NCBI GenBank assembly: GCA_024639825.1
Contig: JAHEGH010000002.1
Coordinates: forward strand, 28,575 to 92,574
Length of the DNA stretch: 64,000 nucleotides
Direction of reading: 5' to 3'
From: Gammaproteobacteria bacterium
GTDB taxonomy: Bacteria; Pseudomonadota; Gammaproteobacteria; Steroidobacterales; Woeseiaceae
In this document: piece after piece, positions 1 to 9,423 of the stretch
Layout: every line of letters starts with the position of its first letter
Position numbering within the stretch: position 1 is the stretch's first letter
Translations under genes and position numbers: made by a program
The notes under the pieces: model-generated
Databases searched by the model: none
What the model saw: the letters and a program-made list of their open reading frames with translations, nothing else
Told to the model about the DNA's origin: nothing

Positions 1-822
1 GCAGGCCCGGTAGGCAGTCTTGACGCCTATATCCAGGCTGTCGGCTCGATAGCTGTTCTGTCCAAAGAGGATGAACAGTCGCTCGCAACGCGTTATCGCG
101 ACGAAGAAGACCTCGACGCCGCACGCGAGCTCGTTATGGCGCATCTGCGTTTTGTTGTGCATATCGCCAAGGGCTACACGGGCTATGGCCTGCCACTGAA
201 TGACCTCATCCAGGAAGGCAACGTCGGTCTCATGAAAGCCGTCAAACGTTTCGACCCGAGTTATGACGTACGACTCGTCTCGTTCGCCGTGCACTGGATT
301 CGCGCCGAGATTCACGAGTTCGTACTCAAGAACTGGCGCATCGTGAAAGTTGCCACGACCAAAGCCCAACGCAAGCTGTTCTTCAATCTTCGCGGCAAGA
401 AAAAGACGCTTGCCTGGCTCTCTGCTGCCGAAACGAAAGCGGTTGCTGATGATCTGGGCGTGAGCGCCAAGGAAGTCACGGAAATGGAAAAGCGTCTGCA
501 CTCGCGCGACGCAATCTTCGATCCAACTCCGGACCTCGATGACGACCATAATTACACGCCAGCGGCCTACCTGCCGGCACCGGACTCCGATCCGGCCAAG
601 CAGGTCGAGACCGCAGACTTCAACCATGACGCGACGACACGAATGACCGCCGCGTTGAACGTCCTCGACGACCGTGCCCGCCACATCATCGAGGCTCGCT
701 GGCTGACAGAGAGCAAAGCGACGCTGCACGAGCTTGCCGATGAGTACGGCATCTCAGCTGAGCGTATTCGCCAACTCGAGGCCAACGCGATCAAGAAGCT
801 GCGTAACGCGATGGCCGTGTAA
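1..822 (+). CDS. rpoH: RNA polymerase sigma-32 (heat-shock sigma factor RpoH), 5' end cut by the window edge
   Basis: Frame 1 is open from base 1 (AGPVGSLDAYIQ...). It contains the region 2 motif QEGNVGLMKAVKRFDP, the RpoH box QRKLFFNLR and a region 4 HTH (ISAERIRQLEANAIKKLR). Confidence 0.93.
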   Translation, partial: AGPVGSLDAYIQAVGSIAVLSKEDEQSLATRYRDEEDLDAARELVMAHLRFVVHIAKGYTGYGLPLNDLIQEGNVGLMKAVKRFDPSYDVRLVSFAVHWIRAEIHEFVLKNWRIVKVATTKAQRKLFFNLRGKKKTLAWLSAAETKAVADDLGVSAKEVTEMEKRLHSRDAIFDPTPDLDDDHNYTPAAYLPAPDSDPAKQVETADFNHDATTRMTAALNVLDDRARHIIEARWLTESKATLHELADEYGISAERIRQLEANAIKKLRNAMAV

Positions 823-844
823 GGCCAGCCCGCAAGAAACAAGG

Positions 845-870
845 AAAGGCCGCCTCGGGCGGCCTTTTTT
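845..870 (+). terminator. Rho-independent terminator after rpoH
   Basis: GC stem GGCCGCC / GGCGGCC with a 3-nt loop, followed by TTTTTT. Confidence 0.75.
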
Positions 871-885
871 GTGCCCTGATCTGCT

Positions 886-2739
886 ATGTTGAGCAGCTGT
901 CAGGATCAGAAGGAATACCGGGACTTGAGTCAGCTCTTTGAAGAACTAAGACGTCGCAATGTGTTTCGCGTTGCCATCGCGTACCTCGCCATTGCATGGC
1001 TGGTTCTCCAGGTCTCCGATATCGTTCTCGACAATATCGCTGCGCCGGAATGGCTGATGAAGGCGCTCATGTTTTTCCTGGCCATCGGCTTTCCAATTGC
1101 CGTGCTGTTCGCCTGGGCCTACGAGATGACGCCTGAGGGCATCAAGCGCGAGAAGGACGTCGATCGCTCCGCCTCGATTACTCAGAACACCGGACAGAAA
1201 CTTAATCGCACGATCATTGCGTTACTTGCTGCCGCCGTAACGTTCCTGCTGATCGACAAGTTTGTATTAGAGGACGAATCGCCCGCGGTAACGATCACCG
1301 ACAAGTCTGTGGCCGTACTGCCATTCGTCGCCATGAGTCGTGGAGAAGACGACGAGTACTTTGCGGATGGCCTCACTGAGGAAATTCTCAACTCGCTAAC
1401 CCGAGTTCCGGAGCTGCTTGTAACGGCACGGACATCAGCTTTTCACTTCAAGGGACAGGACATCCCGATCCCGGAAATCGCAGAAAGACTGGGCGTCGAC
1501 AACATTGTAGAAGGATCGGTACGCCGTGACGGCGACCGGCTCAGGGTAACGGCCCAGCTGGTTCGGGCCGCCGATGGATTTCACCTCTGGTCAAAGAATT
1601 ACGATCGTGACACATCAGACACGTTTGGCGTGCAAACCGATATTGCCGAGGAAATATCCTCAGCGCTCGGCGTCGTCCTGAACGATACGCAGCTTAAGCT
1701 AATGCGCGAAGCCGGAGTACGTGATCCAGACGCATTTATTGCATTGCAGAAAGGCTATGAGGCCTTCGACGCCGCCCACGGAACGGCGGACCAGATTAAC
1801 CTCTTACGGGAGGCAAATAGCTGGTTTGAAAAGGCACTGGCTATTCAACCTGGAATTTCCGATGCGTATTTACTGCACGCGGATCATTACACCCACCGGC
1901 TGCTATCTTCAGTCGACAATCCGGAAATCTCGGTGGCAGAACAGAATGCCGCGTACGAGAAGCTCGTTGAAGACCTCGACAACGCCATACGAACGGCCGC
2001 TGATAAGTCGCGCAGCGCCTCGGCTGCTATTGATCTCGCGATCATATCGGGTAACTGGAGAAGCGTACCGGAACTGATGCCGCAATTGGCCGTGAATGGC
2101 GGCTGTACGACATCCTCGTGGGCTGAGGTCGTCAGTGCCCCCTACGGAGGGGCGCGTGAGCTGGGCCTCATCGCGCAGCAGGCCGTTGACTGCGATCCGC
2201 TTTCATTCAATGGCTGGCGGTGGCTCTCGCTGTCCCAGCTATGGGCCGGCGAATTTGATGCCGCCGTGGAGACCGCTCTACGCGGATTCGAGGCTACGTC
2301 ACACGTCCGGCTCGCGCAGCAGTTGTTTTTTACCTACCTCGCCGCAGGTCGTATTGACGACGCTGAGCAACTCATCGCGACACACATTCGGACCGAACGA
2401 AATAAACTTGGCCTTCAACGCGCCATCGCCGCAATTAGAGGTGACGCAGCGCTGGCGAAGAAACTGCATACTCGCCTCATCGACAGCGAGGCTCAATTAA
2501 CGGTTGGCATCATCACCAGCCTTGCAGTCATGGGCGATCGCGAAGCAGCCAACAGGCGGGCGTCGGAGGTCGATGCGCATCCATATGGCCACCTTCGCCT
2601 GATGCTTGTTCCTGTCACCTGCTACTGCGGCGCGCCATGGGATCTTGAGTACACGCCTAATTTCGCCAAGCTGCTTGAGGACGCGGAGCTGCCCTGGCCA
2701 CCTGCATCACCGATCCACTGGCCGCTCAAAGACTGGTAG
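886..2739 (+). CDS. Membrane-anchored TolB-N-like / TPR-type protein of unknown function
   Basis: N-terminal RRRNVFRVAIAYLAIAWLVLQV helix, then VAVLPFVAMS..DDEYFADGLTEEILNSL, the pattern I associate with TolB-N-like modules, then a helical repeat-like C-terminal half. Function unknown. Confidence 0.5.
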   Translation: MLSSCQDQKEYRDLSQLFEELRRRNVFRVAIAYLAIAWLVLQVSDIVLDNIAAPEWLMKALMFFLAIGFPIAVLFAWAYEMTPEGIKREKDVDRSASITQNTGQKLNRTIIALLAAAVTFLLIDKFVLEDESPAVTITDKSVAVLPFVAMSRGEDDEYFADGLTEEILNSLTRVPELLVTARTSAFHFKGQDIPIPEIAERLGVDNIVEGSVRRDGDRLRVTAQLVRAADGFHLWSKNYDRDTSDTFGVQTDIAEEISSALGVVLNDTQLKLMREAGVRDPDAFIALQKGYEAFDAAHGTADQINLLREANSWFEKALAIQPGISDAYLLHADHYTHRLLSSVDNPEISVAEQNAAYEKLVEDLDNAIRTAADKSRSASAAIDLAIISGNWRSVPELMPQLAVNGGCTTSSWAEVVSAPYGGARELGLIAQQAVDCDPLSFNGWRWLSLSQLWAGEFDAAVETALRGFEATSHVRLAQQLFFTYLAAGRIDDAEQLIATHIRTERNKLGLQRAIAAIRGDAALAKKLHTRLIDSEAQLTVGIITSLAVMGDREAANRRASEVDAHPYGHLRLMLVPVTCYCGAPWDLEYTPNFAKLLEDAELPWPPASPIHWPLKDW

Positions 2740-2743
2740 CCAA

Positions 2744-3061
2744 TCAGGCGAAGGTCTTGCGCCGAAAACGAACCCAGCCACCGTCTTCGATGCCTTTTGG
2801 ATCGTGATGCGTCCAGTGCACCAGGCCACCCAGATCGTTCCACTCGTACATGCCTCGCACACGCACGCGGTCACCCATCCCGAGCGGGATGCGTTCGGCA
2901 AGATCAATATTGTGCGCTATGAGCAGCGTCCGGTTATTCCCGACGTCGATGATGAAGCGCTGGTGGGGTGAGCCGTCGTCGTCATCCGACAGCAGGCGCC
3001 GCACGAAGCCAGTGACTTCGATCCACTCGCCTTCATCGCGCTTTGTGAATGCTCTGCTCAT
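2744..3061 (-). CDS. DUF3465-like small protein
   Basis: HQRFIIDVGNNRTLLIAHNIDLAERIP...YEWNDLGGLVHWTHHDP matches my memory of the DUF3465 signature. The start is questionable because the ATG directly abuts an upstream terminator T-run. Confidence 0.55.
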   Translation of the reverse strand: MSRAFTKRDEGEWIEVTGFVRRLLSDDDDGSPHQRFIIDVGNNRTLLIAHNIDLAERIPLGMGDRVRVRGMYEWNDLGGLVHWTHHDPKGIEDGGWVRFRRKTFA

Positions 3062-3099
3062 AAAAAAAGCACGGTGGGCCTTCCCTGGCCACCGTGCTT
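3062..3099 (-). terminator. Rho-independent terminator after the OmpA-family gene
   Basis: 11-bp stem AAGCACGGTGG / CCACCGTGCTT. On the minus strand it is followed by a 7-nt T run (A-run 3062-3068). Confidence 0.65.
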
Positions 3100-3118
3100 C
3101 CTTGATCTTTGCTGAGCG

Positions 3119-3796
3119 CTACCCTTGGGTAACCGGCACCATCGTGATTTCCACGCGGCGGTTCGCCTGGCGGCCCGCTTCTGAGCTGTTGTCAGCGACC
3201 GGGCGAGACTCACCCATGCCCACCGTGATCAGACGTTGCGACGTGACACCTCGACCCTGCAGGTAGGCCGAGACCGCTCCGGCGCGACGCTCCGAGAGGC
3301 TCTGGTTGTAAGCGTCCGTCCCCGTGCTGTCCGTATGGCCTGCGACCTCAACAACGGTCTTGTCGAACTCTCCGAGCACTTTGCCAACCGAGTTCAGTAC
3401 ATCAAAGAAGGCCGGACTGAGGTCAGAGCTGTTTGTCGCGAACGTAATGTTTCCAGGCATATTCAGCGTGATGTTGTCGCCGTCACGATAAACGCTGACG
3501 CCAGTGCCTTCGAGTTCTGCGCGAAGCTCGGCTTCCTGTTTGTCCTGGTAGGCACCAACAGCCCCACCGGCGAGCGCCCCAACTCCGGCGCCAATCAAGG
3601 CATGCTGACGGCGCTCTACCGCGTCATCACCCGAGATCAGGCCAACAACGGCCCCAATACCAGCGCCGATCAGGGCACCCTTGGTCGCCTGGCTCGTCTG
3701 CTCTTCGCGAGTGTATGGGTCGAGTGTCGTGCAACCGCTCGCAATGACCGTCATGACGGTCATTGCGAGAATAATCTTTCCAGATCGCTTGTTCAT
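3119..3796 (-). CDS. OmpA-family lipoprotein (glycine-zipper plus OmpA-like C-terminal domain, YiaD-like)
   Basis: Lipobox VIASGC, Gly-zipper GALIGAGIGAVVGLISG / GAGVGALAGGAVGA, and an OmpA_C-like domain (NITFATNSSDL...GHTDSTGTDAYNQSLSERRA...NRRVEI). Confidence 0.85.
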   Translation of the reverse strand: MNKRSGKIILAMTVMTVIASGCTTLDPYTREEQTSQATKGALIGAGIGAVVGLISGDDAVERRQHALIGAGVGALAGGAVGAYQDKQEAELRAELEGTGVSVYRDGDNITLNMPGNITFATNSSDLSPAFFDVLNSVGKVLGEFDKTVVEVAGHTDSTGTDAYNQSLSERRAGAVSAYLQGRGVTSQRLITVGMGESRPVADNSSEAGRQANRRVEITMVPVTQG

Positions 3797-3925
3797 GATC
3801 TTTCCTTTGGCTTACATGGGTTTTGCGAATTGTAAGCTGCATTGTAATACGCGCCTACCTGAACGCACGCTTAATCGACCTTCTTATGTCGGGAGAATTC
3901 AAAGAAACCGCGTAAACTGTGACGT

Positions 3926-4393
3926 ATGACCGAAATCGACAGCTGGCTGGACCGCTACGAACAGGGTCACCAGGGCCTCACAAACCCGGTCGTCTACTGG
4001 GCGGCCGTTCCAATGGTCGTGCTCGGCACGATAGGCCTGCTCTGGTACCTGCCTGTTCCTGAGGAGTTCTATGAGATCTCCCCGCTTCTCAACTGGGGCA
4101 GCGCTTTCCTGATGGCCGCCGCCGTCTACTATTTCATCATCTCGCTGTCACTCGCGATCGGGATGCTGCCGTTCCTGCTCGGCATCGCCGCGCTGCAGCT
4201 CTGGCTGGCGCAGTCCCCCTATCCGCAGCTGGGCGTTTCGGTCGGCCTTCTGGCCGCTGGCACTGTCGGGCTGTGGCTGGGTCGTCGTGGCCCGGGCAGC
4301 TTGCGCGGTGTCTTGCAGGATTTCCAGCTCATGATGATCGGCCCGGCCTGGCTTCTGTCGGTGATGTACAAGCGCTTCCGCATACCGTTTTAG
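3926..4393 (+). CDS. Small integral membrane protein, possibly DUF962/Mpo1-like
   Basis: Four predicted hydrophobic helices. The N-terminus (YEQGHQGLTNPVVYWAAVPMVVLG) resembles DUF962, from memory only. Confidence 0.45.
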   Translation: MTEIDSWLDRYEQGHQGLTNPVVYWAAVPMVVLGTIGLLWYLPVPEEFYEISPLLNWGSAFLMAAAVYYFIISLSLAIGMLPFLLGIAALQLWLAQSPYPQLGVSVGLLAAGTVGLWLGRRGPGSLRGVLQDFQLMMIGPAWLLSVMYKRFRIPF

Positions 4394-4462
4394 AGCTAGT
4401 GCCGCGGGCGTGAAACTCGTCTAGAATCTACGCCCCAAATCCCAAATCCCAGGAAGAAACCC

Positions 4463-5635
4463 GTGGGCGCAAAAGTACTCGATCCGCTCGATCTCTATGA
4501 TATCCGTTCCGAACTCAGCGAAGACGAGGTTATGGTCAAGGATACCGTTGGCCGCTTCGTCGATGATCGGGTCATCCCGCTCATGCGCGAGGCATTTGAG
4601 CAACATACATTCCCGATGGAACTTGTCGGCGAAGTCGCCGGGCTCGGTCTTTTCGGCAGCTCCATTGAAGGCTACGATTGTGCCGGCCTCAATGGCGTCA
4701 GCTACGGCCTGATCTGCCAGGAACTCGAGCGTGGTGACAGTGGCCTGCGCAGCTTCGTGTCTGTGCAATCGAGCCTGGTCATGTTTCCGATTCACGCCTA
4801 TGGCTCCGACGAGCAAAAAGAGCGCTGGCTGCCTGCCATGGCGCGCGGCGAAGCCATCGGTTGCTTTGGGCTTACCGAGCCACACGGCGGCTCCGATCCG
4901 GGCAACATGAAAACGCATGCAAAACGCGATGGTGATGACTGGATCATCAATGGCGCCAAGATGTGGATCACCAATGCGACGATTGCGGATGCTGCCGTTG
5001 TCTGGGCGAAGACAGACGAGGGCATCAAGGGCTTTATCGTCGAGAAGGACATGCCCGGCTACGCGACGCAGGAAATCGAAAACAAATTTTCCCTGCGCGC
5101 ATCGGTCACCGGCGCTCAGTTCTTTGACAACGTACGGGTTCCCAAGGAAAGCGTCCTCCCGGGCGTGTCGACACTCAAGGGTCCATTGAGCTGCCTGACC
5201 CAGGCACGTTACGGCATCGCCTGGGGTGTCATTGGCGCCGCTCAGGCGTGCCTCAGCGAAGCGCTGAACTACTCGCAGGATCGTGTGCTGTTTGGCAAGC
5301 CCGTTGCGCACACGCAGTCCATGCAAATTCGCCTGGCCGATATGGCGCGGCGCATCACGACTGCACAACTGCTGGTACTGCGCCTGGGTCGCCTCAAGGA
5401 CAAAGGCGAGTTAACGCCATCACAGGTATCGCTCGCGAAATGGAACAACTGCCGGGCCGCACTCGACATCGCCCGCGACGCACGTGACATTCTCGGCGGC
5501 GCAGGCATCAGTGCGGAGTACGTGCCTATTCGTCACATGCTGAACCTCGAAAGTGTGATTACCTACGAAGGCACCGAGACCGTTCACCAGCTCGTCATCG
5601 GTAAGGAACTGACGGGCGTCAACGCATTCGGCTAA
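4463..5635 (+). CDS. gcdH: Glutaryl-CoA dehydrogenase (acyl-CoA dehydrogenase family)
   Basis: GLTEPHGGSDPGNMKTHA, KMWITNATIAD, CLTQARYGIAWGVIGAA and NLESVITYEGTETVHQLVIG are typical GCDH motifs. GTG start preceded by AGGAAG. Confidence 0.85.
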   Translation: MGAKVLDPLDLYDIRSELSEDEVMVKDTVGRFVDDRVIPLMREAFEQHTFPMELVGEVAGLGLFGSSIEGYDCAGLNGVSYGLICQELERGDSGLRSFVSVQSSLVMFPIHAYGSDEQKERWLPAMARGEAIGCFGLTEPHGGSDPGNMKTHAKRDGDDWIINGAKMWITNATIADAAVVWAKTDEGIKGFIVEKDMPGYATQEIENKFSLRASVTGAQFFDNVRVPKESVLPGVSTLKGPLSCLTQARYGIAWGVIGAAQACLSEALNYSQDRVLFGKPVAHTQSMQIRLADMARRITTAQLLVLRLGRLKDKGELTPSQVSLAKWNNCRAALDIARDARDILGGAGISAEYVPIRHMLNLESVITYEGTETVHQLVIGKELTGVNAFG

Positions 5636-5652
5636 CACCAACCAATCAGGAC

Positions 5653-6921
5653 ATGTGGCGCATAGCTGCGCCCATGATCCTGTCGAATATTTCCGTGCCG
5701 TTGCTCGGCATGGTCGATACCGGCGTCACAGGGCATCTCGAGAGTCCCGCGTACCTCGGCGCCGTCGCGATCGGCGGCACTATCTTTACGTTCCTGTACA
5801 TGAGCATGAACTTCCTGCGCATGGGAACGACCGGCATTGCCGCACAGAGCTACGGTGCCGGAGACAATGACGGATTACGTGTGTCGCTGGGGCAGGCGCT
5901 CATTGTCAGCCTGGCGATCGCTTTCGCCATTCTTCTGCTGCAGCTTCCGGTTGGCCGGTTCGCTATTGCGCTTCTGGGTGGCGATGCGGAAACGCAGCAG
6001 CATGCAGCGACGTATTTTTCGATACGCGTGTGGAGCGCTCCAGGCACGCTCGCCAACTATGCTCTGATCGGCTGGTTCCTCGGCCTCCAGAACGCGCGCG
6101 TGCCGCTGTTAATCTTTCTCACGATCAACATCATCAATATCGTGCTCGATCTGCTGTTTGTGATTGTGTTCGGCATGAAGGTGGACGGCGTCGCACTCGC
6201 CTCGGTTATTGCGGAGTACTCCGGTCTGCTGGTGGGCGGCGCGTTTGCCATTAGCGCATTGCGAAGCCATGAGGGCCACTGGCCGCTCGCACGACTGACC
6301 CGGCTATCAGCGTACAAGTCGTTTTTTTCTATGAATGCCAGCCTGTTCGTTCGCTCGATGGCCCTGATGTTCACGTTTGCTTTCGTCACCGCGCAGGGCG
6401 CGCGACTTGGCCCCGCCATCCTCGCGGCGAACGCCGTACTGTTGAACTTCCAGAACCTGACGTCGCTGGGCCTCGACGGCCTGGCTCATGCCGCGGAGGC
6501 TATGGTGGGTAAAGCGGTGGGTCAGAAGGACCGGGATATGCTGCAGCATACGGTGCGGCTCACACTGAAGTGGTCGCTGATTTTTGCCGTGGGCTTTACC
6601 GTCACCTACCTGATCGCCGGGCCGCTCATCGTTCGTACCCTTACCGACCTGCCGGACGTTCGTAAGACGGCGATGGTTTACCTTCCGTGGCTCATCGTGT
6701 CACCGGTGATCTCTGTTTGGTGTTTTCTCTACGACGGCGTCTACGTCGGAATGACCCGTGCCCGGGAGATGCGCAACATCATGGTGTTCTCGACGTTCGC
6801 TGTATTTCTGCCGGCGTGGTATCTCACCCAGTCATTCGGCAACCACGGGCTGTGGTTTGCGTTCATGCTCTTTTTCGCGAGCCGTGGCATCGGCATGCAT
6901 TTTGTATACAAGAAGTTCTAG
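5653..6921 (+). CDS. MATE family efflux transporter (DinF-like)
   Basis: IAAPMILSNISVPLLGMVDTGVTGHL N-terminus and about 12 hydrophobic helices. Confidence 0.8.
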   Translation: MWRIAAPMILSNISVPLLGMVDTGVTGHLESPAYLGAVAIGGTIFTFLYMSMNFLRMGTTGIAAQSYGAGDNDGLRVSLGQALIVSLAIAFAILLLQLPVGRFAIALLGGDAETQQHAATYFSIRVWSAPGTLANYALIGWFLGLQNARVPLLIFLTINIINIVLDLLFVIVFGMKVDGVALASVIAEYSGLLVGGAFAISALRSHEGHWPLARLTRLSAYKSFFSMNASLFVRSMALMFTFAFVTAQGARLGPAILAANAVLLNFQNLTSLGLDGLAHAAEAMVGKAVGQKDRDMLQHTVRLTLKWSLIFAVGFTVTYLIAGPLIVRTLTDLPDVRKTAMVYLPWLIVSPVISVWCFLYDGVYVGMTRAREMRNIMVFSTFAVFLPAWYLTQSFGNHGLWFAFMLFFASRGIGMHFVYKKF

Positions 6922-8270
6922 GCCACTTTCTCGCAAAGTCTATGCGCGTTAGCTTTTGCCCAGAAGTATCCCAGGGTTCCTGAAAGAATATTAGCAACCG
7001 CGTAGGCACCGAAGATGCCCGCAATACCGAACAGCTCTTTGCCGATGAAAGCCAGCGGTATATACAAAACCAGGATTCGGGTAACGCTGATCACCACGCC
7101 GGGCAGCGGGTTCCCGAGGCCGTTGAACGCTGCATTGACGACCATGACGAGGCCGTAGGCACCGTAGCTGATCGGCGCGATCCACATGAACAGCCGGGTC
7201 ACATCCGTAACGGCCGGGTTGTCGCTGAATAGTCCCGGTACGACGCCGGACAAAAGTGCCAGAACCACTGCAATCACGAGGCCGCTCAGGAGACAGAAGC
7301 TCGCACACAGTCGCAGCGAGTGCTGAATTCTGTCTTCCTTACCCGCAGACAGGTTCTGGCCAACAAACGGACCGATGATCGACGACATCGCGTAATACAT
7401 GACGAGCACCATCGACTCAACCCGACTCGCGACACCGAAGCCGGCAACGGCTTCCGGTCCAAAGCGAGCGATCATCGCTGTGATCAGCGCCATACCGACA
7501 GGAACGATAGCGTTTGTCCCGGCTGCCGGCAGGCCAACATGAAGGATGTCGCGCCACGAGCGACGTATCTCGCCAGGCTCGGCATCTTTGAAACTGATCA
7601 TGTCCAGACGGTAGGCCAGGAAATAGATCGTGCCGACGAACATCGCACCCCGCGCGAGAAGCGCCGCGATCGCTGCACCATTGAGACCCAGCGCCGGGAC
7701 CGGCCCGAGACCGAAAATGAATATCGGATCGAGGCACACGTTCAATACCGCACCCGCAACCATGAGCTTGCTCGGCAAAACCGTATCGCCGGTTGCTCGC
7801 ATGCTACTGGTGCCCACCATGCCAATGACGAGGAAGGGCACGCCGCAGTAAAGAATCGTCATAAACGTGCGAATCATCGGAATCATGTCGTCCGGCGCAC
7901 CGAGCAGACGAAAGAGCGGATCGATCGTGAGAATCCCAATGAAGGACAACGAGGCCGTTATCAGGAACGACAACAGCAGGCTGTCGGTCGCAAGCCGCCT
8001 GGCTCGCCGGTGATCGCCGGAGCCGATCGCTCGCGCGACCACGGATGACGTACCGGCACCCAGACCGATCGCCACACTGGTGACGATCATCAGGATTGGA
8101 AAACCAAAACTGTAAGCCGCCAGCGCGCGGTCACCGACCATACCGAGAAAGTAGGTGTCGATAAACGACTGAGCCATCAACATGGTGATGCCAAGAAGCA
8201 CGGGCAAGGCCATGTTGACCAGGTGGGAGCCTACAGGGCCCTGCGTCAGTCTGGCCGGTTGGGAATTCAT
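6918..8270 (-). CDS. MATE family efflux transporter
   Basis: Start chosen at the internal ATG (MNSQPARLTQGPVGSHLVNMALPVLLGITMLMAQSFIDTYFLG). The longer ORF extension overlaps the NUDIX gene. Multi-pass membrane protein. Confidence 0.8.
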   Translation of the reverse strand: MNSQPARLTQGPVGSHLVNMALPVLLGITMLMAQSFIDTYFLGMVGDRALAAYSFGFPILMIVTSVAIGLGAGTSSVVARAIGSGDHRRARRLATDSLLLSFLITASLSFIGILTIDPLFRLLGAPDDMIPMIRTFMTILYCGVPFLVIGMVGTSSMRATGDTVLPSKLMVAGAVLNVCLDPIFIFGLGPVPALGLNGAAIAALLARGAMFVGTIYFLAYRLDMISFKDAEPGEIRRSWRDILHVGLPAAGTNAIVPVGMALITAMIARFGPEAVAGFGVASRVESMVLVMYYAMSSIIGPFVGQNLSAGKEDRIQHSLRLCASFCLLSGLVIAVVLALLSGVVPGLFSDNPAVTDVTRLFMWIAPISYGAYGLVMVVNAAFNGLGNPLPGVVISVTRILVLYIPLAFIGKELFGIAGIFGAYAVANILSGTLGYFWAKANAHRLCEKVA

Positions 8271-8318
8271 TCGAGCTCGTTGCGTTATGATCAGACAGGA
8301 CGAATACAGGTAATAGCC

Positions 8319-8867
8319 ATGAAACTCAAGTGGAAGCGCCTCTCCCGAAAAATTATCTACGAGAACGACTGGATGACGGTTCTCGAAGACGAGGTAATCA
8401 ACCCGGGCGGCGGTCGTAATCATTACGGCCATGTTCATTTCAGGAATCGCGCCGTCGCGATTATCCCCATCGATGAAGACGGCAATACGTGGCTGGTCGG
8501 GCAGGAGCGTTACACGCTTGGCGAGTATTCCTGGGAACTGCCGATGGGCGGCGCACCGCTCGATGAGAACCCGCTCACAGCCGCACGCCGTGAACTCAAG
8601 GAAGAAACCGGCCTGAGCGCCGGGCAGTGGTCGGAACTTATGCAGCTGCACACAAGCAACTCGATAACCGATGAGGTTGGCTATGTATATGTGGCGACCG
8701 AGCTAACTGAAGGCGAAACCGCTTTTGAGGAAACGGAGGATCTGACCATTCGCAAACTCCCACTGCGGGAGGCTGTACAAATGGTGATCGACGGTGCCAT
8801 TACCGATGCGATTAGTGCTGCTGCCTTACTTCGTCTGCACGCAACTAGAACATCATCCTCGCCGTAA
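8319..8867 (+). CDS. NUDIX hydrolase (ADP-ribose pyrophosphatase-like)
   Basis: Nudix box GGAPLDENPLTAARRELKEETGL. Start taken at MKLKWKRLS. Confidence 0.8.
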   Translation: MKLKWKRLSRKIIYENDWMTVLEDEVINPGGGRNHYGHVHFRNRAVAIIPIDEDGNTWLVGQERYTLGEYSWELPMGGAPLDENPLTAARRELKEETGLSAGQWSELMQLHTSNSITDEVGYVYVATELTEGETAFEETEDLTIRKLPLREAVQMVIDGAITDAISAAALLRLHATRTSSSP

Positions 8868-9423
8868 CCACATAGCGAAGTGGCCCACCGGCCTCAAGCG
8901 CATCGAAGGGATAGCACGTGACCAGCGTCAGCATGGCGGCATCCGTATCGAGAACGAGACTACCTCTACGCGAGTCAACGATATCGATGCCGACGACCTT
9001 GTAGATATGACGTTGGCCGCGCGTGGTTTCCATGCCGAGCAATTCGCCAACCTCGAGTTTTCTTAGAAATAGAAAGTGGGTGTCGCGATGTCCACCGATA
9101 ATTGCGTTACCCGTCTCACCCGGCATCGCGCTCGCGCTCAGGTGGCCTGGACCAAACGCCAGCGTTCGTCCCGAGCCACCGGCGAGCACAATCAGGTCCA
9201 CGTCTCGCTGCTTTGCCGTCAACCGGGCTACCGGCCAGGTATCGGCCCACGGCCAGGGCGTGGCGCGTTCCTCGCCGGCGCCGGCACGAACCCAGGCGCG
9301 TTGCATCAGTTCCTGAGCAAGCCATGCCTTGGCAGGAATGTACGCGCCCTGACCGAACTGCCAGAAGCCCAGGCACAAGAGGGCAGACACAACCCAGCCC
9401 CCGAGCCTACGCGCGCCGGCCAC
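8845..9423 (-). CDS. Class GN (marine proteobacterial type) sortase
   Basis: N-terminal TM helix (WVVSALLCLGFWQF), catalytic His context IIGGHRDTHF, TLxTC motif MLTLVTCYPF and conserved Arg LRYVVTA. GTG start proposed at 9423; there is no ATG before the TM helix. It lies immediately downstream of its predicted target. Confidence 0.8.
   Translation of the reverse strand: MAGARRLGGWVVSALLCLGFWQFGQGAYIPAKAWLAQELMQRAWVRAGAGEERATPWPWADTWPVARLTAKQRDVDLIVLAGGSGRTLAFGPGHLSASAMPGETGNAIIGGHRDTHFLFLRKLEVGELLGMETTRGQRHIYKVVGIDIVDSRRGSLVLDTDAAMLTLVTCYPFDALEAGGPLRYVVTARMMF

Noticed and set aside
4434-4451. Mini tandem repeat CCCAAAT CCCAAAT CCCA upstream of gcdH.
   Set aside because: It is too short (2.5 units) to call a repeat feature and may be chance. 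No function can be argued.
4421-5368. 315-aa minus-strand ORF overlapping gcdH.
   Set aside because: It is a shadow ORF. The plus strand carries clear glutaryl-CoA dehydrogenase motifs and the antisense product has no recognisable features.
8222-8240. GTGGGAGCC, considered as a possible extra copy of the palindromic element.
   Set aside because: Only 8 nt match, with no partner arm and no inner hairpin. It sits in the ordinary N-terminal coding sequence of the MATE transporter.
8271-8651. 127-codon N-terminal extension of the MATE ORF (6918-8651).
   Set aside because: The extension runs through the divergent NUDIX gene and has no membrane-protein character. The internal ATG at 8270 gives a normal MATE N-terminus.
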